DNA of 64,000 bases from Blastocystis sp. Blastoise (lineage: Eukaryota > Protista > Bigyra: Opalinata). Location: assembly GCA_039096225.1 (NCBI GenBank), contig JBBPEB010000032.1, positions 930,001-994,000 on the forward strand, in the 5' to 3' direction. A program made the position numbers and the translations under genes. The first letter of the stretch is position 1. Each line of letters starts with the position of its first letter. The notes under the pieces are model-generated. The model had not been told where the DNA came from, searched no databases, and was given only the letters and a program-made list of their open reading frames with translations. Positions 1 to 13,915 of the stretch are shown piece by piece.

Positions 1-70
1 AAAAACAAAAAACAAAAAACAAAAAACAAAAAACAAAAAACAAAATAATAATAATAATATATCTATATAC

Positions 71-1018
71 AGTATAACTATTGGGTTTGAACTTAACGGT
101 ATATATACTTCCTTTATGTCCTTTAAATTCTTCTTTCTGTTTCCCGCCTTCTCTCACATCAAATATACGTATATACTGATCTTTCCCGCCACTGGCAAGA
201 AGGTTCCCATCAAATGCAATATCAACACTATATACATCTCCATGGTGACCTTTAAAGTTCTTTAATTCTTCAGTATTCCCGCGGGTCTCGCGACATCCCT
301 TGAAATATGTGACTTTCTTTCCTGTTTCGATATCCCATTGGATAATATCACAGTCTTTACTACCAGTATACACATAATGCTCATCAGGAGACAAACAAAT
401 ACAAGTTGGAGACAACTATATATATATATATAGATATAGATACAAATATTTATTATATACTAAAGATAGAATATTAAGAAAATAAGATATATACATGATG
501 ACCAGTGTAAAAACTTGATTTACCAAAACTTGTACTATCTAATTTATCTGCATATGTTGTGAATACATTTCCACGTTTCTATATATAATCAATCATAAAT
601 AAAGGATAAAATATTTAATCAAGTTTCCATATAAAAAAAAATATATATATATTTCAAATAAATAATATACTTCTTGAACATCTTGCTCTAAACGTTTTTC
701 AACTAAATTATCTAAATCATCAGAGTCTTCATCATCATCACCTTCCTCATCAGAACCTGCTTTGTTAGATCCTTCTTCTTGTTTAATCTTTGCTAAATAT
801 TCTTTAGCCATTCTTAATTTAGCTTCTTCTACAGTCTCTTGAACTTCTTCTTCACTAGACTCCTCACTGTTTTCAATGTTAGCAGCTTCATTATCAGAAA
901 TCGCAGACTCATCATCACTTGAGATTTCCCAATTATAGTCTTCTTTTTCTACTTTTTTGGTAGATTGATTTCTTTTTGATTTAGGTCTATTAGAACCACC
1001 AATTGGTCTTTTAGGCAT
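71..1018 (-). CDS. RRP9: U3 snoRNP-associated WD40 protein U3-55K/Rrp9, 5' part (3 exons seen; continues beyond window start)
   Basis: Acidic N-terminus with ETVEEAKLRMAKEYL motif, spliced via GT-AG introns to WD40 repeats (GHHLSPTCICLSPDEHYVYTGSKDCDIIQWD; GHHGDVYSVDIAFDGNLLASGGKDQYIRIFD). Confidence 0.85.
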
Positions 1019-1837
1019 TTTAATAAAAGAAAATTCAATAAAACAATATATTGCCTTTTACTCAAGAAAAACCAACACTATTGAAATATCCATTTAATCA
1101 GGGTTAATTCTATAAACTATAGTGAGATTTCTAAAATTTTCATGTCAAGTTATTATTTATAATTTTCATTCTTTCTATGTGGTTGTGTTGGTATTCTTTT
1201 TTTTATTCTTACCTAAGTCATCTTTATTTGTCCCGTCCTCTCTAAATACATGCATAAATCGATTAAAAGCAACGATTTTATCAATGTTAAAAAATTTCTA
1301 TTTTTTAAATTTAAGTTGTTTCATACAACATACGACAAACACTATAATTCTTATAAGTTTGAAATATGAAGACACTGCATACATTTTGAAAAATGATATG
1401 TGTATTTGGAAATTTTCTCTATTTATTGATCTTTATAACAAATAATAAATCCCGATCTATTATAGATTTTATGAACTCAATGAATTTGCTTTGAAATGTA
1501 TAGAATCAGCTCTATATTCAGTTTGATTAATTTATACAGCTATTTTTGCTTTTTACATTGCTATATTTTATATTTAAGCATTAAAAATCTTTTTGTAATA
1601 TACTAAATATATTTATATTGCTAGAATCATAGAGTCTAAGGTATTTTTTGGTTTCATGTTTTGCATCAACAGTGTCTACTTTTATACTTAGAGTCTACTT
1701 TATTAAGGAAATATTCATTTTAGTGTATAACAGATTATTAAAGATAATAATATATTATAAAACATGTCATCAAACAATAAAAAAGTGAGTTTTGTTCTAT
1801 TTTTCTTTTTGCTATCATTTAGTTATTTCAAAACAAT

Positions 1838-3109
1838 ATGAGTTCCCAATCATTGGATATTAATATAAATAATGATAACGAAACATTTAGACCTATTTCA
1901 TTGATAGAACCCCCGGTTACATCAACCACATTCGGCCAGAAAGTAGTTACAGAGAATCGAAAACACGGTCTAATGTTTGGACCATTCCTTCCTATTGATT
2001 TTTCTAATAAAAATGATGCAAGTCATGTCTCTTTTTCTGTTAAATATATTAATAAGGATCTTCAGTTATTGCTGAGAGTTCCTTTTATTCACTTTATGTC
2101 ACATTTCCTCTATGATGATGAATTTAAACTAACGTTATTAACTTTTTTTGAGTATATGCCACGAGTATACGACGAGGTCTGTAAGTGTCTTTTAAATTTT
2201 TTTATGTGTAATCTTTATTCGTTTTGTGTTATTCTTATTTGTTTCATGATTGTCTTTTTTTATGTCTTTATGTATTTATGGCATATTTATAGATGTGTCT
2301 AATTCCATAAAGGATACATACTCATTAATTTTCAGATGTTTCTTGAGGTTAGTAGAAGATCAACAAGGAATTAAGCAATTCATTTCAATGAGTCCTTCTT
2401 GTGGAGGTCTAGGAACGGAGTACTATTCTATTCTTAAAGAGAAATGTGGAATTAACATGACTCTCTTTTTAGATCTCTGCTCTATATATGGTGAAAAGAA
2501 TAAGTATATAATTTCTTTTTATATGAAGAACTATTTTTCTCTTTTTATACTACGGTTCACGTGTTTCTATTTATATTATCTTAATTGATATAAATCTAGT
2601 GATAATTATTACTATTTTTAATAATTCTCTATATGTCGTTAATTCAAATTATAGTTGTTCTCTATATATAACTATATGTATATATAGAATAACGTTAAAT
2701 CGGTTTTTACAGCCTCTTCTCACTTCTCCTATATATATAACGGAATTTCAATCTTTCTCTTCTTCTGTCTCTACAAACATTTCAGACGTAATCAGTCAAC
2801 TTCGGTCGCGACTGAATGAGGATGAATATATTAATACACTAATGGTATTAGCAGATGTATTTCAAGCTACACAACAATTTATGTTATGCTATCCTGATGT
2901 TACATTATTATTGCTTCCTTCTATCCAATCAATGGATGACGCTAATTGTGTTTTCACATCACTTCGTACGGCGTACAATTTCATCAAAAACATTAAACTT
3001 TATGATCAACCAAAGTCTCTGGCCCTCACTGCTATCCAATCATTTGCTTTGAATATAATCAAATCCCTCTATATATATAACGACAACAAACCAGATCCTG
3101 ATGTGTGGA

Positions 3110-3155
<46 letters not shown>

Positions 3156-3170
3156 CTATATATATATATA

Positions 3171-3248
<78 letters not shown>

Positions 3249-4707
3249 TGAGTTATTTTTCCATCAATGGATTAATCGATACTTAAAAGCATCTCCTAGT
3301 ATATAACTATATAAATATATATATAACTATATGTATATATATATCTATGTATATAGCGAATAGTTTGGATAGTGCATGTATTCACAGTGACCTCTTTAAA
3401 GATATATATGTATATATATCTCCCTCTATTCCTGTTACTCACTCTAAACAAGTAGCTACAGCACTCGATATTGATTTATCTCAATCACTTCCGGAAGAAG
3501 AGGATTCCCACGGGGATGAGCCTGAAAATGATGATACTATGATTAATGGGAAGGTGATTTCGGAGGAGATGAAAACTAATATTGCTCAAGTAATGTCAAT
3601 ATTTCCTGATATAGAGAAATCGGTTATATATAAGTATTTAGTTCAGTACAATGGAAACGTCAATCGATTGGTCGATGACATTTTAAATAACAAAATTAAC
3701 GTCCATCCTCACGTGGTAAAGAATTCTGAAGAAAAGGAATCTAAAAGAGATAATGTATATATAATATATATATAATATATATATTACTATATATATTACT
3801 ATATATAGGGTAAACGTACTTTTAAACAAGTTTTGAGTGATTTATTTAATAACAGAGAAATAGAAGAAGTATATATCAATCTATATAACTATATCTATAT
3901 ATCAATCTATATAAAACTATATATAATTGAAATGTTTACGTATAGGGAAGAAGCCCGCCACTCATTTCTTGGCGGGATATGATCCTGATGTATATAATGA
4001 GGCCAGTGACGAACCAGACTGTAATCTAAATGTTGATAAATACCGCCAATTCCAGAAGCGCCTTCTCCATCGATATGAATATGCTGATGAGTACGATGAA
4101 GATTTAGAAGGAGTATATATATACTATATAAATACTATATAAATACTATATAAATACTATATAAATACTGTATATATAACTATATATATATAGTCAATTC
4201 CAATGGAAGAAAATCCTAATCATAAACTTCGTATATATATAATATATATATATATATATTATATATATATTATATATATATAGAAGAAGAAGATAATCAG
4301 GAGGATGATTTACCTGCTCCCGAGGAAGTTTCTGCAGTATCTGCTAAGAATAATGGAAAAACCACGGGGAAGAATAATGAGATGAAAGATTCTCGTTCAA
4401 ATCAGAATACTCGAGATCCCCGTGGAAATGATTCACGAATTAATTCACCAACTTTAGGTCCAAAGGATAAGAACCGCGGGAATGTAGAGAAGTCGAATGG
4501 AGTTGCAAATATATCGAATTCGATGAATAAGGACAGTGTTTCTGAAGGTGATATGAATGAAACGAAAGAAAGTAACAGTGAAAACACGAATACTGTGAAT
4601 AATAAGAGAGATAATAAATATGGCCGAGGTGCAAATAACAGGGGATATAAACATGTGGAGAGCCATCGTGATTCTTCTGTAAAGGCTAATAACACGAAGA
4701 AACAGAA

Positions 4708-4762
<55 letters not shown>

Positions 4763-4963
4763 TCTATTAATACTAATAATAATACTCCTTATACTCCTAC
4801 TATTAATAAAGATACGACATCTTTGCCTAAAACAGGAAATACAGATGGGTCTCAGAAGGCAGATTCCCGTGGGGATCGACGTGAGAAGAAGAAGGGATTT
4901 CAACACGATAATCATAATAGAAAAGAGGGACATATGCGTAAGATGAATAGAGGTATGATATAA
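1838..4963 (+). CDS. ASCC2: CUE-domain protein, ASCC2/Cue3-like (8 exons)
   Basis: Spliced protein has PRVYD and LDLCSIYG motifs, a CUE domain ([10 protein letters not shown]...[13 protein letters not shown]), a YEYADEYDE motif and a basic C-terminus ([15 protein letters not shown]). Intron 3869-3929 appears to have a non-canonical acceptor. Confidence 0.75.
3111..3246. repeat. (TA)n microsatellite filling an intron
   Basis: Near-pure TA repeat between the GT donor and TAG acceptor of the ASCC2-like gene. Confidence 0.95.
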
Positions 4964-6115
4964 GAACCGCGGTTATTGGATCATTTATAAATAGTCCTTT
5001 TGTTTTGAATGGCATAATTATATGGATGTATGAATAAAATCGTTATTATTTATTTTGTTTAGTTATTTATATACGTATGCATTATTTATTAATAGGAACA
5101 CTTTAAGGGTCTATTATATATATTCTTACCAAACATTTTTATAGTGTTTTTAATAATCAAAGGAAACATTCTTTGTTTGTATATACATATTCAATATGAT
5201 TTATAACATCTTATTATATGATAATTCTTTAATAGAATAATAGTATATATGATTATAAAATAGATATTGAAAGAAGAATATCAGTTAATAACGTCGAAAT
5301 ATTTATCTATTATTTATATAGAATTGAAATTAAGGTTTTTATGATGTTTCACATAGATAGCAAAGAATAATATTTTGTTATATATAAACCATAAATTTTA
5401 CATTATTAAAGAAATATCATAGTAATTTTATTATATAAAAATAAAAATCATTTTTTCTACACGAAAACAAAACAAATAAATACAAAAAACATATTAATAT
5501 ACATTCAATAAATAAGTGAACAAATTAAGAATGAAAATAAAAACATTATTTTTAATGAAATGTAAATGGTTGACAAGTAAGTATTATTTAGAAAAAAGTC
5601 AATTATTAATTCAATAATAAATAATTCAATAATGAATAATTCAATAATGAATAATTCAATAATGAATAATTCAATAATAATGACTTTAAAATACATTGAA
5701 TAATTGATTAACAATATAGAGAGTATACATATATATATAATCAATAAAAACTTGAAAAACAAATTGAAAATGAAAATGAAAAAAAATGAAAAATTGAGAA
5801 AAAAAGAAGAATAATCTATTGACAATATATGAAAAACACACATAAATATACATTAGTATATCTAGAAAATAATATATAAATATATAAAGTATAGGAATTA
5901 AATGAATACAAGAGATATGAAAATCTTATATATATATATATAATAGATAGAGAAGAAAAAATATAGTATAGAACAAAAAACTATTCACAATAGAATAGAA
6001 TGAAAAAGATGTATATGTATATATAAATAATATAAACTCTATTAAATATTTAAAGGAGAAGAAGAATATGTATATAAACATATATATATATATATAATAG
6101 AGACTGTGGAGTCTC

Positions 6116-9100
6116 TTATAAGAAGTTTGTGTCTTTAATTGGATATTGTTTATATACTTTTCGAATGTTTCTCGTTCTAAATTCTCCATCTTGAAGATTC
6201 TGTTCTCTCTTCCATTTTGTATATAGAATTAAAAACACAATGAAGATAACCAATAGAAGTAAAGCAATCCCTACTATTACACCAATCAAAATGCCTTGGA
6301 ATACTGTATTTTCGCACGTGAAAATCAGTATTGTAGCGACAGATCCAACACTATTCTTGCACGTGACTCTATAACGTACATTTGTAAATACTTCTTGAAA
6401 CGACCCGCCAATAGTTCCCTCGTAAGTATCAAAAGTAACAGTACTAGGTAACGTAGGTTCGATAGAACAACTATATTCTGCAGCTTCTATTTGTGGAGTC
6501 ATATGAAAACTCTCTCCTATCTGTAGTGACTTGGTATTAGTTGGATACGTAATAGACTCAGGTTCCATTAAAGAACAATAATTACGTTCATCCGTATAAT
6601 TCCCGCGTATACATTGGCGCTCATAACGTCCCTCATAATATTCAGGACATGTTTTATATGCATATCCTTCTTCTACTGCTCCTCCATACTCTTTATCATT
6701 ACAAGACTGATATACTATATGACTATATAGAGAAATATCTGCCAATTGAAAACCATAAGCTAATTCACTTTCAGGATATATACAGATATCGTCACTCTCT
6801 AAGTTTGTTCCTTCTAACGGCAAATTATTACATTCCGTACTAGTATAACGGAACATGTGATAACTAACTTCGTTATAAAATGAATAACTTAATGTTTGAC
6901 GGAAACTTGTGAATCGTGCATTTTCAACGGCATGTAACAGAACCCACGTGTCACCATCATTACTAGCCTCTAATTTCCATCCACTAGGATGACGACGATT
7001 ACAATATGGACCACTAGTAATACTATATTGTGATATATACTCTTTCAATCGATCTTTAAATGTATATATAAAAGAAGCACCAACACAACGTGGACCCGAA
7101 AGTGCTAATGTTCCTATATGATTATCAAATAACTTATCTACTTGATTATCACTTGATAAATCACTTGTAGCAGTTCCTTCTATTAATCTCCAACTATTAT
7201 CTTGTATAGCATATACAGTACTATCAAAATATAAATTATTTTCAGAATCTTTACATTTATGAACTTCTACACTTAATACATTCTGTTGGTTCTCTTCATA
7301 AAGTATAATAATAGTTCGATTATTAATAAAGAAAGAACCACCATAAACTTTTGTTTGACTATATATAATATTAGCACTTGTAGTACTATCTATTTTCCCT
7401 TGAGGCATGTTTTCTCTAAATAATTCAACACCATTCAAATAAGCTACAACTCCTACACGACTTTTTATATTAACATATATACTAGAAATACTATAATCAT
7501 GATTTAAAGAGAAACGATGCTTAAAATAAGCAGTATTTCCAACAAAATTAGGGAATTCCATCGAAGTACCGATATTCCAACCTTCTTCTTCTTCATTGTA
7601 ACTACTGTAAATCCAATTAGGTTCAACTGTACGTATAACATCAAGGTAATACCATGTACTTACTTGAGGTGTAATTGATATCATAGAGGATAAGGGGAAT
7701 ATAGTATACCCATATCCTTTTCCTAATCCTCCTTGCAACATAAATGTATTCCAATTTAAATAAAGTTTAAAGAATCCTTGTTCCCATCCATTTGCATCAT
7801 GATCATATAAAGTAATTTGTTGAATTGTTTTATTAGTACAAACATGATAATAATTATCAACATCCGATTGAACACCATCTTTTTCTAAATAGACGTTAGG
7901 ATCTTCTCCTCGATCGACCAATCGGATGCCTTGTTCACTTCCATCACGACCCCCACGTACATAAACAGTATATAACGTCATAGGTGGTTCACATGTATCA
8001 ATAGTAATAGAAATAGTTGTTTGTTTAACAGTACCACTATAGAAAGTAGCTTTAATAATATAATCAGTAGTTTGCATAATTGAAGTAGGAGTACCAACAA
8101 TTAAACCAGTACTACTATCTAATCGTAATCCCGCGGGAAGAGTGCCGCCAACTATTTCAAAATTAGTGAAATAAGAAACTTGAGGTCGAGCACTAAAGAA
8201 GGGTAAATTAACATAACTTATAATAGTAGAAGGAATATAGAGTAATTCTCTTTCTTCATATTTTTTATAGTTCTCAATAAGTAATCTAATTTCTGAGAGA
8301 GCAAATATATAAGGAGAAGACTCATCATCACTAAGAGATGTGAATACAACATTATAATATAACCAAGGTTGATTCATATCATTTATTATAGGAAAACATT
8401 TCTCTTCTCCACGTTCATTAAAGAAAATATTCTCACGTTCATCTAATTTAACGTAATTCTCACCTGTAAGACTACCAAAGAGATTCCAAGATGCTGGATC
8501 CCCGTGGGGATTATTGGTATTACTAACAAAACAGTATTTGTTAATGAATTCTGCTCTTCCTACAGGGAAGTTAAGAGAGAGTGTAATAGGAACTTTGTTA
8601 TCGACAGTAACAACACAATCATAATCACGGGAAAGATCAAAGAAAGCATCTTCGTTTGTATAAGGTAATAAGAATACAGGTGTAATATCCCAATTACGAG
8701 TTAATTTATCACTTGTTGAACTAAGAATTAAATTACAATCAAAATCAATAACTGCTATAGAAAACGTATTATCATTAAATATACCAATAGCAATATAATT
8801 TTCTCCTGTAACAAAAGTATCTAAAGGTCCAGTTACACTATGCCAAGAAGGAATACCGCTACCACTAGTAGGATGAGTATTAATATTTAAATCTTCACCT
8901 AGACGATAACGAAACACTTCTTTTCCATTAATAAATACAACTACACCAGCTCTTAAATACATTCGAAGAATAAATGAATGAAAATTAGTTGAATTATGAC
9001 CACCATATGTGAATTTCCCACGAAATAACCATAAATAGATATCAGCAGAAGGAATAGCAGCATCATACGATATTTGAATAAATCCTGCATCAGCATCAGA

Positions 9101-12100
9101 ATTAGCAGCATACCAATTAGAAGGATATTGTCCTTTGACATACTTCCAAGTCAGACTTTTATTTGTGATAGCCATTTTGGTATTCATATAATAAGTAACA
9201 GAGAATGAATCTGAAAGATAGAATTGTTGGTACTCATATTGTTCATCGCCATTAAGTAAATATACGGTTAAATACGCTTTATATCCCCAACCATCTCCTA
9301 AAGTATCTGTAAGAGTAATAAGAAGGGTTTCTGCTTGGATACACTTCGTAACTGTATATGTCTTATAATTCTGAAAAGGAGGAGATAAATATATAGTAGT
9401 AACAGCTGAAGTACCTAATAATTGGAGATAATATCCCTCTTCAGTCCCCCACTCACGTGTCTGCTTGCGGAAACGAACAAATGTATATCGATCCTTAGAA
9501 CATTCTATAGATGATCGAATATTGATAGGTTGTATATAATATATATATTATTAAGATAATTCTTTTTTTTATTATTATATTAATATAATAACAATCATAA
9601 ATATAGATATATATACCCATAAAACGTAAGGAGATGACAGCAGATACTGATATATTACTGCTATAAGGAAGAGCAGAAATAGTATATAATCCATTCGTTT
9701 CAAAAGTGGTCATTCCCGTGATTCTGCCTGATATATAATCCATAGTGACTCCCGTAGGCAAAGAGGGTGATGACGTATATTTCCAATAGCCTGAAGATAA
9801 TGGATATATATCTATAGGATCTTCACCATAGAATATAGAAGTTATAGTAGGGTAGGTAAGAGAAGTAGACACACTAGCATAATTACATATATTTATAGTA
9901 AATAAAGAGAGAGCCAATGAGGATGATGAAGTAGAGTTTTCTATATATATATATATAAGAGAATTTCTATAGAATTATGATGAATGAATAGGAAATGAAT
10001 CAGGATTATATATATATAAATCAATTAGAATACTTATATTAATAGGTATATAATAAATATATACCAACAACAAGTTTGAATTGTTTGAAAGCGAGTCTAT
10101 TCGATCGAAGAGAGAATGTCACGTTTTGATTTCTATCCACAAATGCATAATTTGTTATATACGATAATAATATCCATTCATCTTCTTGTGTATAGCTATT
10201 TTGAGCTCCATATACCTTCCAAGAGACAGGATCCGAAATAGGAAGATTCCCAAGGGACGGAGAACTCATTAATGTATAACTATTGGCCCATTGGGCACTA
10301 TATATATATATATATATAGTATTTAGAAATATTCATTGTTATTGAAATGAAGAATAATATATAGAATAAGAATAAAAAGGAATATATATATATATATATA
10401 GAAATACTTTTCATTAGGGAATTTATAGACAAGCGATAGATGTTTGCTTTGCGTATTTAGATAATAACTATAAGAAGTACAATCAGTGCCAAAACCTGAC
10501 AACCCTTATCGTTTTCAATAGTTACGGGGAATTTTTTGACGCGGTTTTTTTTGTTTGAATTGTAATAACATGTAGAATATATTCTAGAAATTTCTAGAAT
10601 ATATAATTAGTGGTTTTGGAAAAACAGAAATTTTAATTGGAACACAATTACTCTGAGACCTTTTTTAACCCTTTAAAAATAGTTTTATTCTTTAAAAATA
10701 AGTTGTGTATGGGTAAATACGTCGTTATAACTGAAAGAGAGTTTAGAAAGATGATAAGAGACGGGTACACGGATGAACAGATTGCCATTCATTTTCATTG
10801 TTCGCTTAGAACTGTTGCCCGTAGAAGGTCCCAATACAATATGTCCAAGTCAACTAAGAAAGGTGGAAGACCACAAGTTTTAACTCCTTCTAATTTACGA
10901 GAAATCAATAATATTGTCCCAAAAAGCTCTGAGAACTCTAGCGTTTTATTGGATATCTTCCAAAAGAAAACCGGTACTCATGTCTCAAAAAGGTCCTTTA
11001 TTAGAGGACTCCATGCTGTTGGTTACGTCGCCAAAAAGAAGCTTCATAAACCACTCATATCGGAGAAAAATAGAAAAGTCCGATTGGATTGGTGTTTAAA
11101 ATACCGAAATATGCCAATAAGTTTCTGGGAAAACGTCCTCTGGTCTGACGAGTGTTCTATTAGAACACATCAATCAACCTTTCAAGAATACTATTGGAAG
11201 AAACCTGGTTCTCCAAATAAGCCGTCAGAAATCATTCCAACCATGAAAAACGATGGAAAATCGATTATGATTTGGGGATGTATGACGCAACATGGTGCTG
11301 GTCAAATGGAGGTCCTTGATGGTCATGTGACATCATTAAAGTATGGAGAAACTCTTGGTCGAACTCTTCCGTCAACCGTGGAAAAATTGCAAATTGACCC
11401 CAAAACTATGGTATTCCAACAGGATAATGCTCCTATTCACAAGTCAAAAAAGATGAATAGTTTCTTTAAAACTGCTCAACTTACAGTGATTGATTGGCCT
11501 CCACAGTCCCCAGACCTTAATCCCATTGAACATCTTTGGGTCTATATTAAAAGAAGATTACAAAGAAATTCCCATTGCGGATATACTTTGAGTCAACTAA
11601 AGGTCGAAGTTGACAAGATATGGAGGTCAATACCTGTAAATGTATGTGAAAGGCTTGTTTTATCAATGCCGAAAAGAATTGAGGCAGTAATAGCCAATAA
11701 TGGTGGATTTACAAGATATTAATATTTGTGTTTCAATTCAAAAAAATGGTTTTTTAAATTTTTTTCCATGACGCTTATTTGTTTTGTTTCCCTGTTTTAA
11801 TAGTCAATACAACCTTTGATGACAAATGACTTAATAAAAAAAAAACAAAGAAAAACTCGCCAGTTTAAAAAAAAAACCGAGGTTGTCAGGTTTTGGCACT
11901 GATTGTAGGATCTAAGAGATGTTCACAGCCGTTATCAGGGTAATGGGGATCCGTAGATTCAGAGCACGTGACTGACCCTCCCATCAATATATTCTTATAA
12001 CAATATATATATATAGTAGAGTATATAGTATAGTATATAATAGAGTATAATTAATAGTAGATCAATATATTTTATATACAATATAGTAGAGTATATAATT

Positions 12101-12349
12101 ATATATTATAAAATAGATCTAAATACAATCTGTGGGTCCCTTCTTAGCAATAATAGCTATATCCATGACATCGTCTATTCGACCAACATCTCCTGTACTA
12201 TTCTGATACTGATGCACTTCTATACCAAAGAGACTGTCAATTCCCACGGGAATCGATGACTTAGGGACAGAGAATGTACGGATAACAGTTTCATTGTGGT
12301 TGTCAATTAATGCTGGTGTGTCAAATGTAACAGTTCCACTATATATTAT

Positions 12350-12383
<34 letters not shown>

Positions 12384-12408
12384 GTATAATAATAATAATA
12401 ATAATAAG

Positions 12409-12471
<63 letters not shown>

Positions 12472-13410
12472 CATATATATATACCTTGGCATCCCATAAC
12501 GATGCACTTCTCTTCCCCCCAAATAAGCTATAAATGCACATCTTGTACGGATAACAAAAGTGATGGTAATCGAATTCTGATTGCTTACACGCATTGTCAT
12601 TTTATAGTAACGAGATCGCTGAGATAATCGCGGGAATTCTCCAGGTAAGGCTTCATACCAACCAATAACAGAAGTATCCGAAAACCAATTCTCTGCAGGA
12701 GTACTAATATAATAATGTAATGAACTTCCGAAATCTAATAATGTATTCACTATATATAAAGAATATAATATGGATAATTTATAATATTACTAATAAATAT
12801 GTTTTATATAAAAAAAACAAATACAAAAAATAAAAATAAAAATAAAACATATAATTCTACTATAAATATATATAGAAATACCTTGAAAAGTTTCACTTTG
12901 TACATAATATTGTTTGCCTACTTTATAAGGCATAGTAGTTGAATATAAGAGAACACCATATAACCATATAGTGATCATGGCAGGAGATGTGGAAGAACCC
13001 CAACCATTACCTTCACTATTTATTGAAACAAATAACATGGTTTTCATAGATAATTAATTAAAAAAAAAAGATATAAAAAGAATATTATTTTTAAAATGAA
13101 CATCAATATACCTGTCTCTCATAGTAATAGTATGATACGTCTCTGTTGTACTTGAAACTTTATCACCTTCAACATCTTCATAAGTACATATAAACCATGT
13201 TTTAGTTAAGCCTGAATCTTCAGCAACACTTTGATATGAAAAAAGTTTAAGTTTTGAATCACCATTGGGTCTCCAAATCTCAAAGGATTCAGCACTTGCT
13301 TCTCCATGAAACTCTTTTTGTACTTCTATTTCAATTTGGCCAATTGGACACTCAGACAAACAGAACCGAACGAGTATCAAAATCAGTAGAAGATACTCAA
13401 AGAATCTCAT
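6116..13410 (-). CDS. Giant type-I membrane surface protein (signal peptide; repeated jelly-roll/lectin-like, F5/8 discoidin-like and putative-Ig modules; C-terminal TM), interrupted by a Tc1 insertion
   Basis: 8 exons joined in frame. Signal peptide MRFFEYLLLILILVRFCLS; motifs GNGWG/GDGWG, GVVAYLNGVE, DPASWNLFGS/HPSGWKLEASNDG, LPAGLRLDSSTGLIVGTPT; TM GILIGVIVGIALLLLVIFIVFLILY. The exon flanking the Tc1 reads open once the element and one TA are removed. Confidence 0.8.
10480..11905 (+). mobile_element. Tc1/mariner DNA transposon, full length (1426 bp), DD34E class
   Basis: Perfect 25-bp TIRs CAATCAGTGCCAAAACCTGACAACC (10480-10504) and inverse (11881-11905), flanked by TA at 10478-10479 and 11906-11907; intact transposase. 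Confidence 0.97.
10709..11722 (+). CDS. Tc1-family transposase
   Basis: HTH with GGRP motif; WSDE...IMIWG...FQQDNAPIH...WPPQSPDLNPIEHLW. 34 residues lie between the second D and the E. First ATG at 10709; intronless. Confidence 0.95.
   Translation: MGKYVVITEREFRKMIRDGYTDEQIAIHFHCSLRTVARRRSQYNMSKSTKKGGRPQVLTPSNLREINNIVPKSSENSSVLLDIFQKKTGTHVSKRSFIRGLHAVGYVAKKKLHKPLISEKNRKVRLDWCLKYRNMPISFWENVLWSDECSIRTHQSTFQEYYWKKPGSPNKPSEIIPTMKNDGKSIMIWGCMTQHGAGQMEVLDGHVTSLKYGETLGRTLPSTVEKLQIDPKTMVFQQDNAPIHKSKKMNSFFKTAQLTVIDWPPQSPDLNPIEHLWVYIKRRLQRNSHCGYTLSQLKVEVDKIWRSIPVNVCERLVLSMPKRIEAVIANNGGFTRY
12352..12470. repeat. (AAT)n intronic microsatellite
   Basis: Trinucleotide run inside an intron of the minus-strand surface-protein gene; source of the spurious poly-N/I/Y ORFs. 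Confidence 0.9.
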
Positions 13411-13915
13411 TATCTAGTGGGTAATACGTATAAATATATAAACAAATTCTTTTCTTTTCTTGAGTTGTGTAGATTCCCAGGAAATGGCGATAGTTTTGAG
13501 GGAAGAAACGGTTTTTTTATTATTCGTAAACATTTCTGAGAATTTTAAATATTTGCCTAATTTTTTGTTGTTTATCATGGGGAGACACAATACTAAGAAA
13601 TTAACAGACAGTCAAGAATTTGTATCTTTTTTTTTTATTTTTTTATTTTTGTCTGCTATTAATATTATTAATAGCATTTTACAATGGAGCATCATGCCAA
13701 TTAAAAAATAAAATATGAAATAAAAAAATCATTTTTAAAAAGAGGAATTGTGATGGTGTAATATATATTCTTTAAAAGTTATAACTTGAAAGGATGAGTA
13801 GTGTTTAATATGTAGAAAAACAAGCAAAACTCAAAAACATTGAATACTATGAAAAAAATATAATATTATCATTTTTGAACAATGTAACGATATTGAATGT
13901 CTTTTTCATTATTCA

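Noticed and set aside
1-45. (AAAAAAC)n run resembling a telomeric repeat
   Set aside because: It lies inside an RRP9 intron (donor at position 70, minus strand); simple repeat.
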